From the NCBI GenBank assembly GCA_021613535.1, contig CP075497.1, positions 3,596,001 to 3,660,000 on the forward strand: a DNA stretch of 64,000 nt. Direction: 5' to 3'. Positions 41,484 to 53,774 of this stretch are shown here, one piece after another (within the stretch, counting starts at the first letter, position 1; each line of letters begins with the position of its first letter). Made by a program: the position numbers and the translations under genes. This DNA comes from Adineta vaga. Its lineage: Eukaryota > Animalia > Rotifera. A model generated the notes under the pieces. That model had not been told where the DNA came from. It was given only the letters and a program-made list of their open reading frames with translations, and searched no databases.

Positions 41484-42740
41484 ATGCCAGTACAACGTGG
41501 TCTTGCCAAAGAATGTCAGCAATATTTTCAAACATCTAATCTCTATGAGATATTTTCTGTTCAACGAACAGCAACTGAGGCACAGAGTAGGATCTAATTA
41601 ACGAAATAATGAATATGAGTTTTTAGTTTTTCTTGTTTAGTTAAAAAGGCCTATCGTCAATTAGCTCTTCGTTATCATCCAGATCGTACAGATATCGATC
41701 AGAAAGAAGAGGCTAAAATAAAATTTCAAATCATTGGAAAAGTTTATACTATTCTTTCTGATGAAGAAAAACGAAAAATTTACGATGATACCGGTAAGTT
41801 AAAAAAAAAGTCTTTCTCTTATTCACTGTCTACATCATAATCATTTCTAGGTGCAATGGATGACGATGATTTAACAATGGGTGTCAATGATTGGTATGAC
41901 TATTGTAAAAAGATGTTTCGAAAGGTGACAAAGAATGATTTGATTGAATTTGAAAACAAATATAAAGGTAAATAGTGAAATGAAGAACGTCATTTCTTCA
42001 AATTTATATTTTCATAGGTTCTGATGAAGAAAGAAAAGATTTGAAACGGATTTATCTTGAAGTAGTTGGTGATATGGATCAAATTTTTGAAAGACATCTT
42101 CTAACATGTCTCGAAGATGAAGATCGTTTACGTACGATGATTGATCAAATGATTGAAGATAATGAAGTACCAGCATTTGATGCTTATACAAAAGAAACAA
42201 AGGCAAAACGAAACAAACGTCATAAAAAGGTAGAGAAATTCGATTTTCATTTGTTTTGTTAATCTAAATAAATCTTTTTCAAATATATAGTTAACCAAAG
42301 AAGCAGCAGAAGCTGAAAAATTAATGAAAGAACTCAATATTGGAAGTGATACTGAAAGTCTTGAACGTGCAATACAAATGCGTCAACAACAACGTGCTGG
42401 TACGAGTTTTTATGATCAACTTTTAGAAAAATATGGTTCAAAAACAAGTAATGGAAATAAAAAACGAGGATCAAGTTCATTAAATAATAATAAATCGAAG
42501 AAAACTTCGGTGAATAATCATGGTAAACGTACAGCGAAAACTGATGATGAAGAAGAAGATGATCATGATGACGACGATAATGATGAAGATATTGATAATG
42601 ATGATGATACAAGTGAAACATTAACTGACGATGAAGATAAGAAACCAAAACGACGTAATTTATCGAAAAAGCATGGAACAACTATGAAGAAAACTCGTCG
42701 TCCTGCAGCTGGACATAAAAAGCGCAAGATCTCACATTAA
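41484..42740 (+). CDS. DNAJC9: DnaJ homolog subfamily C member 9
   Basis: J-domain with HPD (KKAYRQLALRYHPDR), YFQTSNLYE, DWYDYCKKMF, YKGSDEERKDL, EAAEAE, FYDQLLEKYG, then an acidic and basic tail. Confidence 0.9.
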
Positions 42741-42792
42741 AAATCTAAAACTACAATTGACGATAGAAAGTGTATTAAAACAATCAATCGAT

Positions 42793-42819
42793 ATTATTAT
42801 TATTATTATTATTATTATT
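42793..42819. repeat. (TAT)n microsatellite between convergent 3' ends
   Basis: tattattattattattattattattt is directly visible. Confidence 0.8.
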
Positions 42820-42899
42820 TTTGCTAGTGGTCAGATGAACACAAAGCCCAAATAAAAAAATCGAATAGTTCTTCTTTTTCCTTTATGTATATTCTTTAT

Positions 42900-43417
42900 T
42901 CATGAATAAATAGATATAAGTAAGAAAATGCAAACAAGATACATTTTCTTATTTCTTGGTATTGCCAGTAGTTGTGTGTTTAAACGTTGAATAATATCAT
43001 CAGCTTCAAAACGATTTATTACGATTAAATGATTGATTTCTTTTGTATTTTCATTCAGACATGCAACATAAAGATGACCAGTCGTTGGAATTTGAATTTG
43101 TGCTCGACGAATTCCACGATAAATATCATTCGTTGCAGGAAGAATTCCTTCTCCAATCTATTTCGAAACGAAAGATTCTATCAATAATCATCATAACAAT
43201 GAATATTTACTTGAGAATAATCAAAATCAATCATTGTATCATAGACACGTCCACGTAAAGTACGCATATCATTATGATCAAATTGAATACTATAATGATC
43301 GCGTGGTGGCATTGTAGCTGACGAAATTCCACGTTGAACAGACGTTATTTTACTAATAAATGCAATTGAAGATTTTGAAATATGTTCAAGAGCTTTATCC
43401 TTGCCATGTAGTACCAT
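42900..43417 (-). CDS. Uncharacterised small protein (about 155 aa, 2 coding exons) with a hydrophobic C-terminus
   Basis: MVLHGKDKALEHI...DFDYSQ splices through a short GT-AG intron (about 43159-43210) to IGEGILPATND...IPRNKKMYLVCIFLLISIYS-TGA. Confidence 0.55.
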
Positions 43418-44801
43418 ATTATTTCTGCTTAAATGATATAACAAATATATGTCTCAATCTAATATATGATGCATATATGTATATGTATATATATACATTT
43501 ACATACTGCTAGTTCTTCTTTCAGGTTTTTATCTGACAGACGATGAAAATATTATGCACCTAATCTTATTTTCAATAGATCATTCATTCTTCAAATGACA
43601 TTATTGTCATGAATATATCGAAATTGATCGATGGGATAAAGAGACATTATTAGTCTAGTATTCTATCCGAGATTGATTAATGTATTGAAACGAGTCAATG
43701 TGAGAAAATCTTCACGAGATATAACCAATAGAAGTACTCGAATCTTCCTTGCATTTTGTTTTTGAATTCAATCAAATATATTCTTTGTTGTAAATATGAT
43801 CAAAAAAGAATAAAAAACGATACTTAACTGAAGATAAACTTGAATAAATTTCTCTGTGAAAAGACAAAGTAAAATAAAAATCTATTCAATTGATTGATTA
43901 TCATATATAATGTTCGTGTGGATGATGAGATCTGCTGGCATATGAAAATCTAACTTCAATCCAATGATCAATTATTCTATCATAGGAAAAGTTTTGACAA
44001 TTAATAATAGTATAAGGTTTGTTTATTTTTCTCAATCACATAGTAATACTAATCTATAATTAGTTTGTGTATAATGTTCATCTGACTTCTTCTTACTCTC
44101 TTTTTCTATCACGCAATTAATTGTTTTTTCTTCTCACAGAAATCCACACGAAATATAATCAATCTATAATAGACTATATATATATATATATAAACTCGTC
44201 ATCATATATTCTCAAGTTATGCGTGAGAAATAAACGATGAGTACAAATTTCCTTTCGCAAACTTCAACACATGCAGCTAAGTTTCTTCTTGGCGCCAAGT
44301 AGTTAAATTTGTTTTGCTAATTATTAAAATATGTCTAATAAAAAACTTCTTTCTTGTTGTCAGAAGTGAGGATATTTGTCATGAACATGTTAGAAAACAG
44401 TTGTCAAAGTTTTTTTATTTGTTCAGTTTATAAAACATATAAAGAAGAGGAGGAGGAAGAAGAGAAGAAGAAGAAAATCATTAGCAAAATAATTTGCTTA
44501 GCTATATATAAGTAACGAACACTCACAATCCGAGTCGATAATCTCTTCAACGTAAAAAAAATATTAATACGAATATTGTCTTTTTTTTGTTCTTTTTCAT
44601 TCGTTTAACTTATGGCGATGAAAGAGCGAAAAGAAAAGAGATGTAATTTTTGGTTTCTCACGTGGTTACATGTTTCATTACATTAGTAAATATTCTCTCT
44701 CGTTTTAGTCAATGTAAAAAAAAAACAACATTAGAAAAAAAACTATTTATTCGTTGAAAATTCTTTTTTTGTTCAGATTACTTTTGCGAACTTAATCTGT
44801 T

Positions 44802-45597
44802 ATGTCTCATGTAAGTATATCTATATATATATATATGTAACAATTGTATGAATAAATAGAATATGTTTTCATTAGAATAAAAAGATACGGAAATTATCCT
44901 CCAGTCAAATTCGAGGTGTGTATATGATTTAATATATTGATTTTTGTTGTTAATGATTGTATGATTTAGAACTTCGACAAGCATTTGATTTATTTGATAC
45001 AGATCATAGTGGAGGAATATCTGTGATGGAATTGAAACAAGCCTTGACTGCATTAGGTGTCACTGTTACCGATCAAGAAGCACGTCAGATGTTTTCAGCA
45101 ATTGATATTGATAGTAAAGATATTTATTTCATTGGTTTATATTCATGCGTTTTCTATTGTTCTTTCAGGAAATGGTTCGTCATTTGAACGTGGTGATGAT
45201 GAAGTTTTTTGTTCTCTTTTGTTTTCAGGTCGCATTGAATTTGATGAATTTGTTGAAGTTGTTGCTGATTCGTATTTTAAAAAGTTTTCACGTGGAGAAA
45301 TTCTCGAAGCATTTCGACGTTTTGATCATAATCATGATGGTTATATTGAAGCTGATGAATTGAAAAATATTCTATCAAGACTTGGACGAAATTTTACGAA
45401 TGATGAAGCAAGTAGAAAAAAAACAAAGAAAAATCAATTATCCATGAATTATTTTAGATTCGACGCATGATTGCACAAGTCGATCGAGATGGAAATGGAA
45501 AAATATCTATTGAAGGTAAAAGATTAATTATTTAGTACATTGGATTCTTTTCATTTTTCTTGTAGAATTTGCTGCACTTGTCGAAAGAGAATCGTGA
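44802..45597 (+). CDS. Calmodulin-like EF-hand protein (4 EF hands), with a 6-nt microexon and a GC-AG intron
   Basis: MSH|NKKIRKLSSSQIRE|LRQAFDLF. The four loops are DTDHSGGISVME, DIDRNGRIEFDE, DHNHDGYIEADE and DRDGNGKISIEE. Divergent from canonical calmodulin. Confidence 0.88.
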
Positions 45598-46536
45598 TAC
45601 AAGAAAAGAGAGAAACAATTTAATATAAAACGTGTCGTTATTTTTCTTTGTTAGTTTTGTTAATTTCTTAGATTTTAACCAGCAGTTGAAGATAAAAAAG
45701 AAAGAACATTGTACACTTGACTTTTTTGTTCATTTTGTATGTTGTATCAATGTATGTGCCCTTGTAAAATGTTTCCTATTCGATTGATTAACAATTCGGT
45801 CTTTTTCGTTTTTTTTCCTCAATTTATATTCTCGATTCTTCCGTTTTTCTTTGCCTGTAATCATATAAAACAAAATACAGAACAGGGAGAAAAGAAATAT
45901 GTAAAAGCACATCATAATGGGTTGTGAGTGTACGCTCAAGCAACACTCTTTTTACTTATAAGAAAAGAAAAAAAAAGAATGACGTATATATATATATATA
46001 TATGTAAGTTTTTCTTTTGCCTTGTCAAAAGAATGAGGTCGACAATACGAAGAGAATAGCGTGGGTAACTCATTTTCTCGTCATCTTTTTTCCGTCTGCC
46101 AAATACAATCGTTCTCATATTGCACTGTTATCGTTTCGGTCGAGCCAGAAGAAAATATTTGACTTCTCTCTCGCTCGCATTCTGTGTATATTTAGTCATC
46201 GCTGCATCTCCTATTCTCTCTCTCTCTTTCTCTCATCGCGTCTTCTCTTTTCCTAGTTGCCTTAACCACGATGACAACCAACTAAAAAATAACAACAATA
46301 AATAGTAAGCAGATCCATCATCGAAAGAAATATTCATTAGTTTCTACTAGCAAGAAGCAGAAGTAATCGAACGAGTGAATCTTCAACGTCATCACATAAT
46401 AACGAAGGTGAAGTGAACGAGTGTTCGTAATCATTATAAAAAAAAGTGTGCGTTTATATACATACATATATAAAGATAAAAAAACGAAGCAACGACAATT
46501 GCTAAGGTAAAAGATAACGAAGAGAAGAAGAATAAG

Positions 46537-46921
46537 ATGAAGTTTCAACGTCGTATTCTTCCTCCACATTCACCAACTTATCTCGAAATGGAAGAATACA
46601 CTACTCCATCGTCTTCGAGACACTCAAGTAATGAATATAATTTTATTTCGATAAGTAAAGCTAAATATTCTCTTTCATTTGTTAAGTATCAATCACTGGA
46701 TCAACAAGTGATTTAAGTGAGTTAGGAAGTGTTTATTGTTTATCAACAATGGCAAAACAAAGATCTGATTCATTAACAAATCTATTTCATATGTCTGAAG
46801 ATAGTACATCATTATCAAATTTAAGTATTGCATCATATTCATTATCCCAACATTCCTGTGAAAATGGATCTTATACAAATCCAACAACATATTCAACTAT
46901 ATCACCTGTAATGATATCTAC

Positions 46922-46956
<35 letters not shown>

Positions 46957-47528
46957 CCACATCTAACAATCATGGATCTGATAAAATATCTCGTAAACAA
47001 TACAGTTCATCCTATCGAAGTTTAACGGAAGAACCATCATCACCGATAACGATTCGTAAAGTTAATCCAAATCTAAATCATAGTTCTCGTCGTAGTGGTG
47101 ATTCAACACGTCATTATCATTTTTGTTCATCAAATCTTAGTGGAAGTTCATCAACGACAAGTAGTCAAAAAAGTTTTCCAATTAAAACAGCTGAAACAGT
47201 TTTAAATACGATTGGAATTAATACATCAACAGTATTAAATGATGATTTAACTGATAAATGTGGTTTAATTGCCCATGATGCTAATGATATTGAAAATAAT
47301 GATGATGATCATGACAATAACAATACTAATAAAATTAATCTACATGATGATACTCAAAGTTTTGGTGACAGTCATTATGTTGATAGTTCAGATGAAAATG
47401 ATTTTGATATGATTTCATCTCGAAATGCAACGTCAGGTACAACACAAACTGGTCGAGGTTTACGAAAAACAGTTTTGAATAATGTTGATCGATTATTGAA
47501 TTCTGGTAATAAACAAATTAAACTTTGA
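46537..47528 (+). CDS. Uncharacterised Ser/Gln/Asp-rich low-complexity protein
   Basis: The 259-aa ORF 46749..47528 extends upstream through a short intron (about 46628-46686) to ATGs at 46588 and 46537. PolyQ tract; no recognisable domain. Confidence 0.6.
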
Positions 47529-47804
47529 GTATATATATATATTAAAATCAACAACAGACAATATTCAAGAATAAAATATTTAATTGTGATTTGTTCATAG
47601 AACTAAAGATTTTCATTTTTGTTTTGCTTTGTTTATTATTTGTTATCAAAAAACTTCAGAGAACATTGTGCAACAATCTGTATAAAATCGTTTTGTTGTT
47701 TTCAATTAAAATTTATTAATATTACAACGAAATGATAAGAATTACTTTTAAGAAGATTATCTTTGTTTTCTTCTCTCTTTCTATTTAGTTAATGCAAACA
47801 AAAC

Positions 47805-48818
47805 ATGACAACGAACACATCTGAACAATCACATGAAACGTCAGATTTATCATTGATATCGAAACCCATTGGTGATCTATTTGGACAATTACCAGTTGAT
47901 CCAGATAATTATTCTCGCTATTTATTATCAGAAGATCAAATTGCATTCTATAAAGCTAATGGTTATTTAAATCAAGTGCGTGTCTTAACCGATGAACAAT
48001 GCAATCGTCTTATCGATGAATACAAACGATTTCTACTTTGGAATGATCATCATCATACGTCTTATGGGAAAAATGATGCACATCGTTTAGATTTTCCTGG
48101 GAAACATCTTCTCTACGAATATCATTCAAATCAAAGTGATGATCCAAATCATGTTCTTACACATATGTTAGGTCATTGGAGAGTATCACCTTTATTTCAT
48201 GATCTTCTATTTATACCAACAGTTACAGTACCTACATCACAATTACTTGCTGCTGTTCATCCATCGCAGCAAACTTTACTTCCTGTTAGATTTTGGCATG
48301 ATCAATTATTTGCTAAACCACCGTATCATGGTGGACACGTTGCATGGCATCAAGATTATTCGTATTGGATACGTACAGAACCGATGCAACATATAACTGT
48401 TCATATTGCCTTAGATGATCAAACAGAAGAGAATGGTGCAGTACATTATGTTCCCGGTTCACATCGTTGGCATCGAATTGAAGATGGTAAAGAAGTACCT
48501 TTACCCGTTACTGATCTGGATTTTAAAGATATGGAAAGTATTAAACAAATTCTCAATGAAGAAGAACTCGCTCAATTTCAACCATTACCTGGATTATTAA
48601 AAAAAGGTCATGCATCTTTTCATCATCCACTTACTGTTCATGGTTCATATGCAAATCGTTCATCAGAACCAAGACGTGCAGCTGTACTTAATTATTTTGT
48701 TGAAGGTACACGAAGTGACACTGATGAGCCACTTTTACAAGGTATACCAGCTATTCTACGTGGTCAACCATTAGACAGTCAATTTTTTCCGATAGTTTTC
48801 GATCCGAAATGGATGTAA
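47805..48818 (+). CDS. Phytanoyl-CoA dioxygenase (PhyH) family Fe(II)/2-oxoglutarate dioxygenase, bacterial-type, intronless
   Basis: VRFWHDQLFAKPPYHGGHVAWHQDYSYW, IALDDQTEENGAVHYVPGSHRW and GHASFHHPLTVHGSYANRSSEPRRA give the HxD...H triad and the 2OG-binding Arg. No introns in 1 kb. Confidence 0.92.
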   Translation: MTTNTSEQSHETSDLSLISKPIGDLFGQLPVDPDNYSRYLLSEDQIAFYKANGYLNQVRVLTDEQCNRLIDEYKRFLLWNDHHHTSYGKNDAHRLDFPGKHLLYEYHSNQSDDPNHVLTHMLGHWRVSPLFHDLLFIPTVTVPTSQLLAAVHPSQQTLLPVRFWHDQLFAKPPYHGGHVAWHQDYSYWIRTEPMQHITVHIALDDQTEENGAVHYVPGSHRWHRIEDGKEVPLPVTDLDFKDMESIKQILNEEELAQFQPLPGLLKKGHASFHHPLTVHGSYANRSSEPRRAAVLNYFVEGTRSDTDEPLLQGIPAILRGQPLDSQFFPIVFDPKWM

Positions 48819-50074
48819 AATTTTCTTTCATATTATCCTTCCTTTCTACAACCTCTTTTATTAATGATCATCGTGCAATGATTTTTCTTTGCTTTTTTTT
48901 CAAGTAAAAATATATAGAGAATAACTCAATTCATAATAACTTTCTATAATATGATTATATACATTCTTATCATAGATTAATGAAATCATGAATAAATTGA
49001 AAAATGCGTTTGATTTTATTCTATTACCAGCTGTTAGCCGTTCACTATGTTTTCCATTAATCAATAAAAATTGTTTGCTTAGCTGATATCGCCAATAGAC
49101 TTATTGAGAAGTATAAGCAAGAAAAAAGTGTCATTATAGCCATACATTTGTTTCTCTCATCAATGAAACTAATAATAATAATAATAATAATGGAAAGTCA
49201 AGGATGATTACATTTTTTCAAGAACATCTTTTATCTTAATTATAGCATTTGCATTAATTACATTGATTTTACCTTGAAATTTTATTGTATGTTATTGTTT
49301 GAAGTAAATGTGATCGTGTCACATTATCTATCGTTATTTGATCGAAAACATAATTGAAATCAATAAACAATGGTAATTTACGCTATGTAAACAACACCCA
49401 TGGAGTCAAGTGTGGACTGGAATATTTGATATCTTGAGAAAAACAATCGATGAAATTTCCATAGGGAATTCAAGTCAATTTTGAATCTTTAATCAAATCA
49501 AACAAAAATCGATCCAGTCACATCTCAAAGATCATGTGATAAATCTTTTTTAGATGATAGAACAGCAATCTGTCGTAGTCTATTATTACAGATTTTTTAA
49601 ATTAAAGAGTGGAAATAAATAATTGTCGATCGAAATGATCGAGAATAATAATTATTAAGAAGTCACAGAAACAAAATATACAGCTGTCTAATACAACCCC
49701 TCGATGTTCTATAGTTCGTATTGTCACTATTATTATTATGCAGCAAATTCTATAGAAAGTACTACATGGTCGTTTGATAAAAAGAGAACGACGAAAGTTA
49801 TTCGTAATTCCATTTATTTCAACAAAGCAAAGAAAACTGATAAAAAAACAAACATATATTGCGTAAAAGAATGAGAACAATCGAAGACTAATAATACTAA
49901 ACTATCATAAATAAAATTCAAAACAAAAAGAAATGTATGGCCTAAAGAATTCAGTTGCACTGCTCATATCATTGTTGATTTGTCTTCACTCTGAGTATAC
50001 ACCGAAAATCAAATAAGATTCTACCATTAAAACACAAAAAGTTAAAGAGAAAAAGAAAAAAGAACTTCAATTTT

Positions 50075-53059
50075 TTAAGCCATTGGATCCAGTGAACATG
50101 GACGACGAAATTCTTGACCACGTTCATGTATCCATTTATTTCCAACCCATTTATTACCAATCAATACTGGACAAGCTAAAGAGAAACAAAACAAAAAAGA
50201 CATAGAACAGATCTATGAATAGAAATCAATACTTACCAGCATGACGTGTTGTGTAATCACCTAAAGATTTATTTACATAATAAATATAGAATAGAAGAAA
50301 GATAGGATGAAAAACAATACCTTCGCCTGATGCATATAGATTGTACCAAAATGCTGCACTACCTTTTTTGGGTTTGATATAACCACCACAAGCTGGAAAA
50401 ACAGTGGCACCACCTTTTTCAACATCACTTAACTACAAAGGAAATTTATTTATAATATGAACTTCATATATCGTTTCGATCAAACTTACATAAGTCAACC
50501 AAGTTGCCATTCGATTACCTAGAATATCAAGATTTTCATCAAGAAAATTTTAAAATAAACTTCTCTATTTACCAGCACCAAAACTTGTAAATGCATCTTT
50601 TTCAGTTTTCTAAAGATTATATATTCATATTTTTATTTATAGTTACACAAATATGATAAACTTACACGTGCAAAATCAAAATGTGGTTCATAATGACCAC
50701 CAATACCATAATTTGCAACCTAACAAATATATCTTTTGTATAAATTTCCTGCAATTATCTTCCAACACATACCTGAAGATCTTCAGCAGTTAACATACTT
50801 AGATTAGTTAAAGCTTCTACTAGCCGAGATAGACGAGCAATTACTGGTGATTCTTCATTTTTCAACCATGCACTAAAATATTCAAACAAAGTAGTATCTT
50901 AAATATTTTCTAAATACTACATAAATGTATCTAAAACTAAAACTAAAACTAAAACTATTACATGCATAGACGATAAATAGATATATATATGTGTATAAAA
51001 GACAGACAACATAAAAAAACATATATGTATGCAATAGAGACAATCACTAATCAACATGCATTTGGTGCAAATTGATAAAATTATTACATAGGTGTTTATA
51101 TAGATCAATCAAAGTACCTTTTGCTAACTCTATAACTGGCAGGCTCAAGTTGTGCCGTTTTAGGATTTTGTACAACGGCTCTGCTCAGCTATAATCATAA
51201 GAAGAGAAAACATTGCAGACATTCCCGAACATGATGTATCGATTAAAGTAAAATTATAAAGATTAACAATGTATAGGTCACTTTTATTCTCTTTGAGTTC
51301 GATAATTTTTAATGCTCTCCCTTTTCTTTTCTCAAAAACATTCAGTTGATTAGAAAAATCAAACACAAAGTGCATTTAAGGATGATTAAACACATAAGGA
51401 TAAATAGCTGTTAGTATTCGTAAAGAAAATCATATGTACATATTATAATACCTCTTGCTAGTCCTATATTCAGCCGCTTTGAGAGAATTAGTCCCAGAAT
51501 CGCGTACAACAGCTCGTTGTAACTATAAAATGTGAACTGATTCTAACTGTATCGAATAGACCCGATCTTCTACTATGTTCTCTGTTTATAAATACGTACT
51601 CTTGGTGAAGCAATTGATTTAATTTCTTCAATATCACTATCACTAACTACATCATGAAATAGATATAGAGCTGGTTCATCCAACAATTGTTCTTCTTTAA
51701 TCGGTCGTAAGATCAAATATGGATGATTATTATGACGATAGCGACAGAATAATTTAGCTACTCGTTTTGGACTTAACTAAAATAAATAGAAACGTTTAGT
51801 TTGTATTTCATTTGAACATTTTAGTTTTTCACTTTGGATTCTGTTTGTCGACAGAGGTGTTCATAATTTTCACGTTCTTCTAAATAATCTTTAGGACGTT
51901 GATTTTTTATATTGACATTGTCAAGTTTTTTAAGATTTGGTATCGAATTTAAATCGTCTGATTTATCTCCATTTGTCAATGTTCTATTTCGAAGAAGATC
52001 AAGATAATATTGTTTATTATTTTGTGCTCGAACATGTTCCGGAGCTATTCAAAAAGAAAATTATTAACAAATTATTCAAAATGTTTCTTTTACCTATTGC
52101 TAATATTTCTTCTGTTACTGCCAACGCATGTTCAATATTTCCTTGCTAAAAAATGATTAAATAAAATTAATATGGCCGCTGAAAACAAATGAATTCTTTT
52201 ACTTGAGATGTAGCATAGGCAAGATGATCAAGAATATCAATTTTATTTGGTATTGTACTATTTGTATCTGTATTTAAATGATCAAGAGCTTCTTGCATCC
52301 ACATTAATGTATGATAAAAATCACCATTTGTGTAAGCAATACGTCCCAAATCAAAACATTCCGAAGCTAAAGAAAAATGAATTCCGAAATAGAAACTTCT
52401 ATCTACTTTTCTACTCACCACTTAATTCTCGTGATTTAAAATTCTCACTAATTTTTCCATTTGCTAAATCACTTGTATTCAATTTATATGTATCTTGTAA
52501 ACGCATTAAACCAATAGCAGAACCTACATTTAAATTTAATTAAGCGATTAATCAATCGGCAAATTTACAGTTCTCGTACCTGTATAATCTTCATAGGAGG
52601 GAAATAACCAATTATCACCCATAGTTTTCGATATTTCTAAAGAAAGAGAAATAGCTGATTTTGAGAAAATCAAATAATAAGTTATACCAGATGAAACGAT
52701 TTCTTCTACACTGTACCATTCAACTGTCAGATGTTTTATAAATAGATATGCATTGACAGGATTACCAAAATAACGATCGGTATCGCCTTGTGCTTGACGA
52801 ATTTCATCTTTAATAATATTGAGAAATCTTTTCAGAAAAACAAAACAGTCATGTTAAGAGAAAGAAGAACAAATCGTTATCTATACTTTTCAACTTGATC
52901 TAATCGTTCATATTCTGTCTTAAGATAAGTTTCTAATTGTTTCGATAATTCAATTTCGGTATTTAATAAATGCGTTAAATGTGTTGTCGATGTAAATAAT
53001 TCGCTTTGAACGGATATTGAATTGAGAAGAATAAAAAAGGTAAGGTAGACGAGAGACAT
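50075..53059 (-). CDS. P4HA: Collagen prolyl 4-hydroxylase alpha subunit, with two mutually exclusive 71-nt exons
   Basis: Signal peptide MSLVYLTFFILLNSISVQS|ELFTS; GNPVNAYLFIKHLTVEW; AIGLMRLQDTY; ECFDLGRIAY; VANYGIGGHYEPHFDFA; GNRMATWLTY; GGATVFP; TRHAACPVLIGNKWVGNKWIHERGQEFRRPC. Confidence 0.95.
50931..50957. repeat. (CTAAAA)4 tandem repeat in a P4HA intron, read as (TTTTAG)n on the coding strand
   Basis: ctaaaactaaaactaaaactaaaacta is directly visible. Confidence 0.85.
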
Positions 53060-53537
53060 CTTCGACTTTGCCAACAAATGATCTACAAGAGTATTAAAAT
53101 AAATAATAATCAACTATTCTTGTTAAATGACAGAAAAATATTGATGATATAATGTACGAAGAATATTTCTCTTTCGACAAGATTACCGGTCAAAGATATG
53201 AACGCAACATATTCCACTGTTACAATCGTTGAGAAACATCTAGTAAGTACTATGACCTCTTATGTTCTCCGCGAAGAATTTCCTTCAGACAGAACGGAGA
53301 GAGAACAAACATGTATAGGTTGATATCAGAGCGTAGTAGGAATATCTAACTGTCTACACGGTGCTAACGAGCAGTTATTGGATTGAACAAATGTCAACCA
53401 ATCAATACGAATAGCTAACCTCTATGATGATGGCTGATGAAAGGATTTTTCGAAAAAGGATAATCTTAGTAATACAGCGACCGAAAATTTCTAAATGATT
53501 CAGAGAAAATCTTTCTCTCTAGTTATGCAATTTAATA

Positions 53538-53551
53538 ATCTAGAACATTCT
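53538..53551. promoter_or_regulatory. Candidate heat-shock element in the P4HA/polyubiquitin divergent promoter
   Basis: aTCtaGAAcaTTCt resembles alternating nGAAn pentamers. Polyubiquitin genes are established HSF targets. The motif is short and could arise by chance. Confidence 0.4.
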
Positions 53552-53660
53552 TTTTTCCTTTTTAGGGCATCTACCAGTTTCTTTCTTATTCTCGTCGGCC
53601 ATTACTGTTATTGTGCGTCATTGTCAATAATCTTGTGACGTGGACGAAGGCAATTACCCC

Positions 53661-53774
53661 ATTGACTAGTCGCGTGATTCAGCATCATAAAACAGTATAT
53701 AAAAGTGCACATTTTCAATTGACTAGTCGCGTGATTCAGCATCATAAAACAGTATATAAAAGTGCACATTTTCA
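53661..53774 (+). repeat. Exact 57-bp tandem duplication containing the polyubiquitin TATA box
   Basis: attgactagtcgcgtgattcagcatcataaaacagtatataaaagtgcacattttca occurs at 53661-53717 and again at 53718-53774. Inr-like TCAGTT follows at 53775. Confidence 0.95.

Noticed and set aside
47500-47805. Possible cis-spliced fusion of the Ser-rich orphan to PhyH
   Set aside because: The 16 nt between the acceptor and the PhyH ATG contain an in-frame TAA, so no fused reading frame results.
49409-49523. Short imperfect inverted repeat (TGTGGACTGGA / TCCAGTCACA) suggesting a MITE
   Set aside because: Only about 10 bp with an indel, no target-site duplication and no second copy seen in the window.
49700-49830. 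Minus-strand segment loosely echoing the P4HA last exon (AATAAATGG..TTTCGTCGT..CGACCATGT)
   Set aside because: The motifs fall in different frames with a stop and no clean acceptor. It cannot be supported as an alternative terminal exon.
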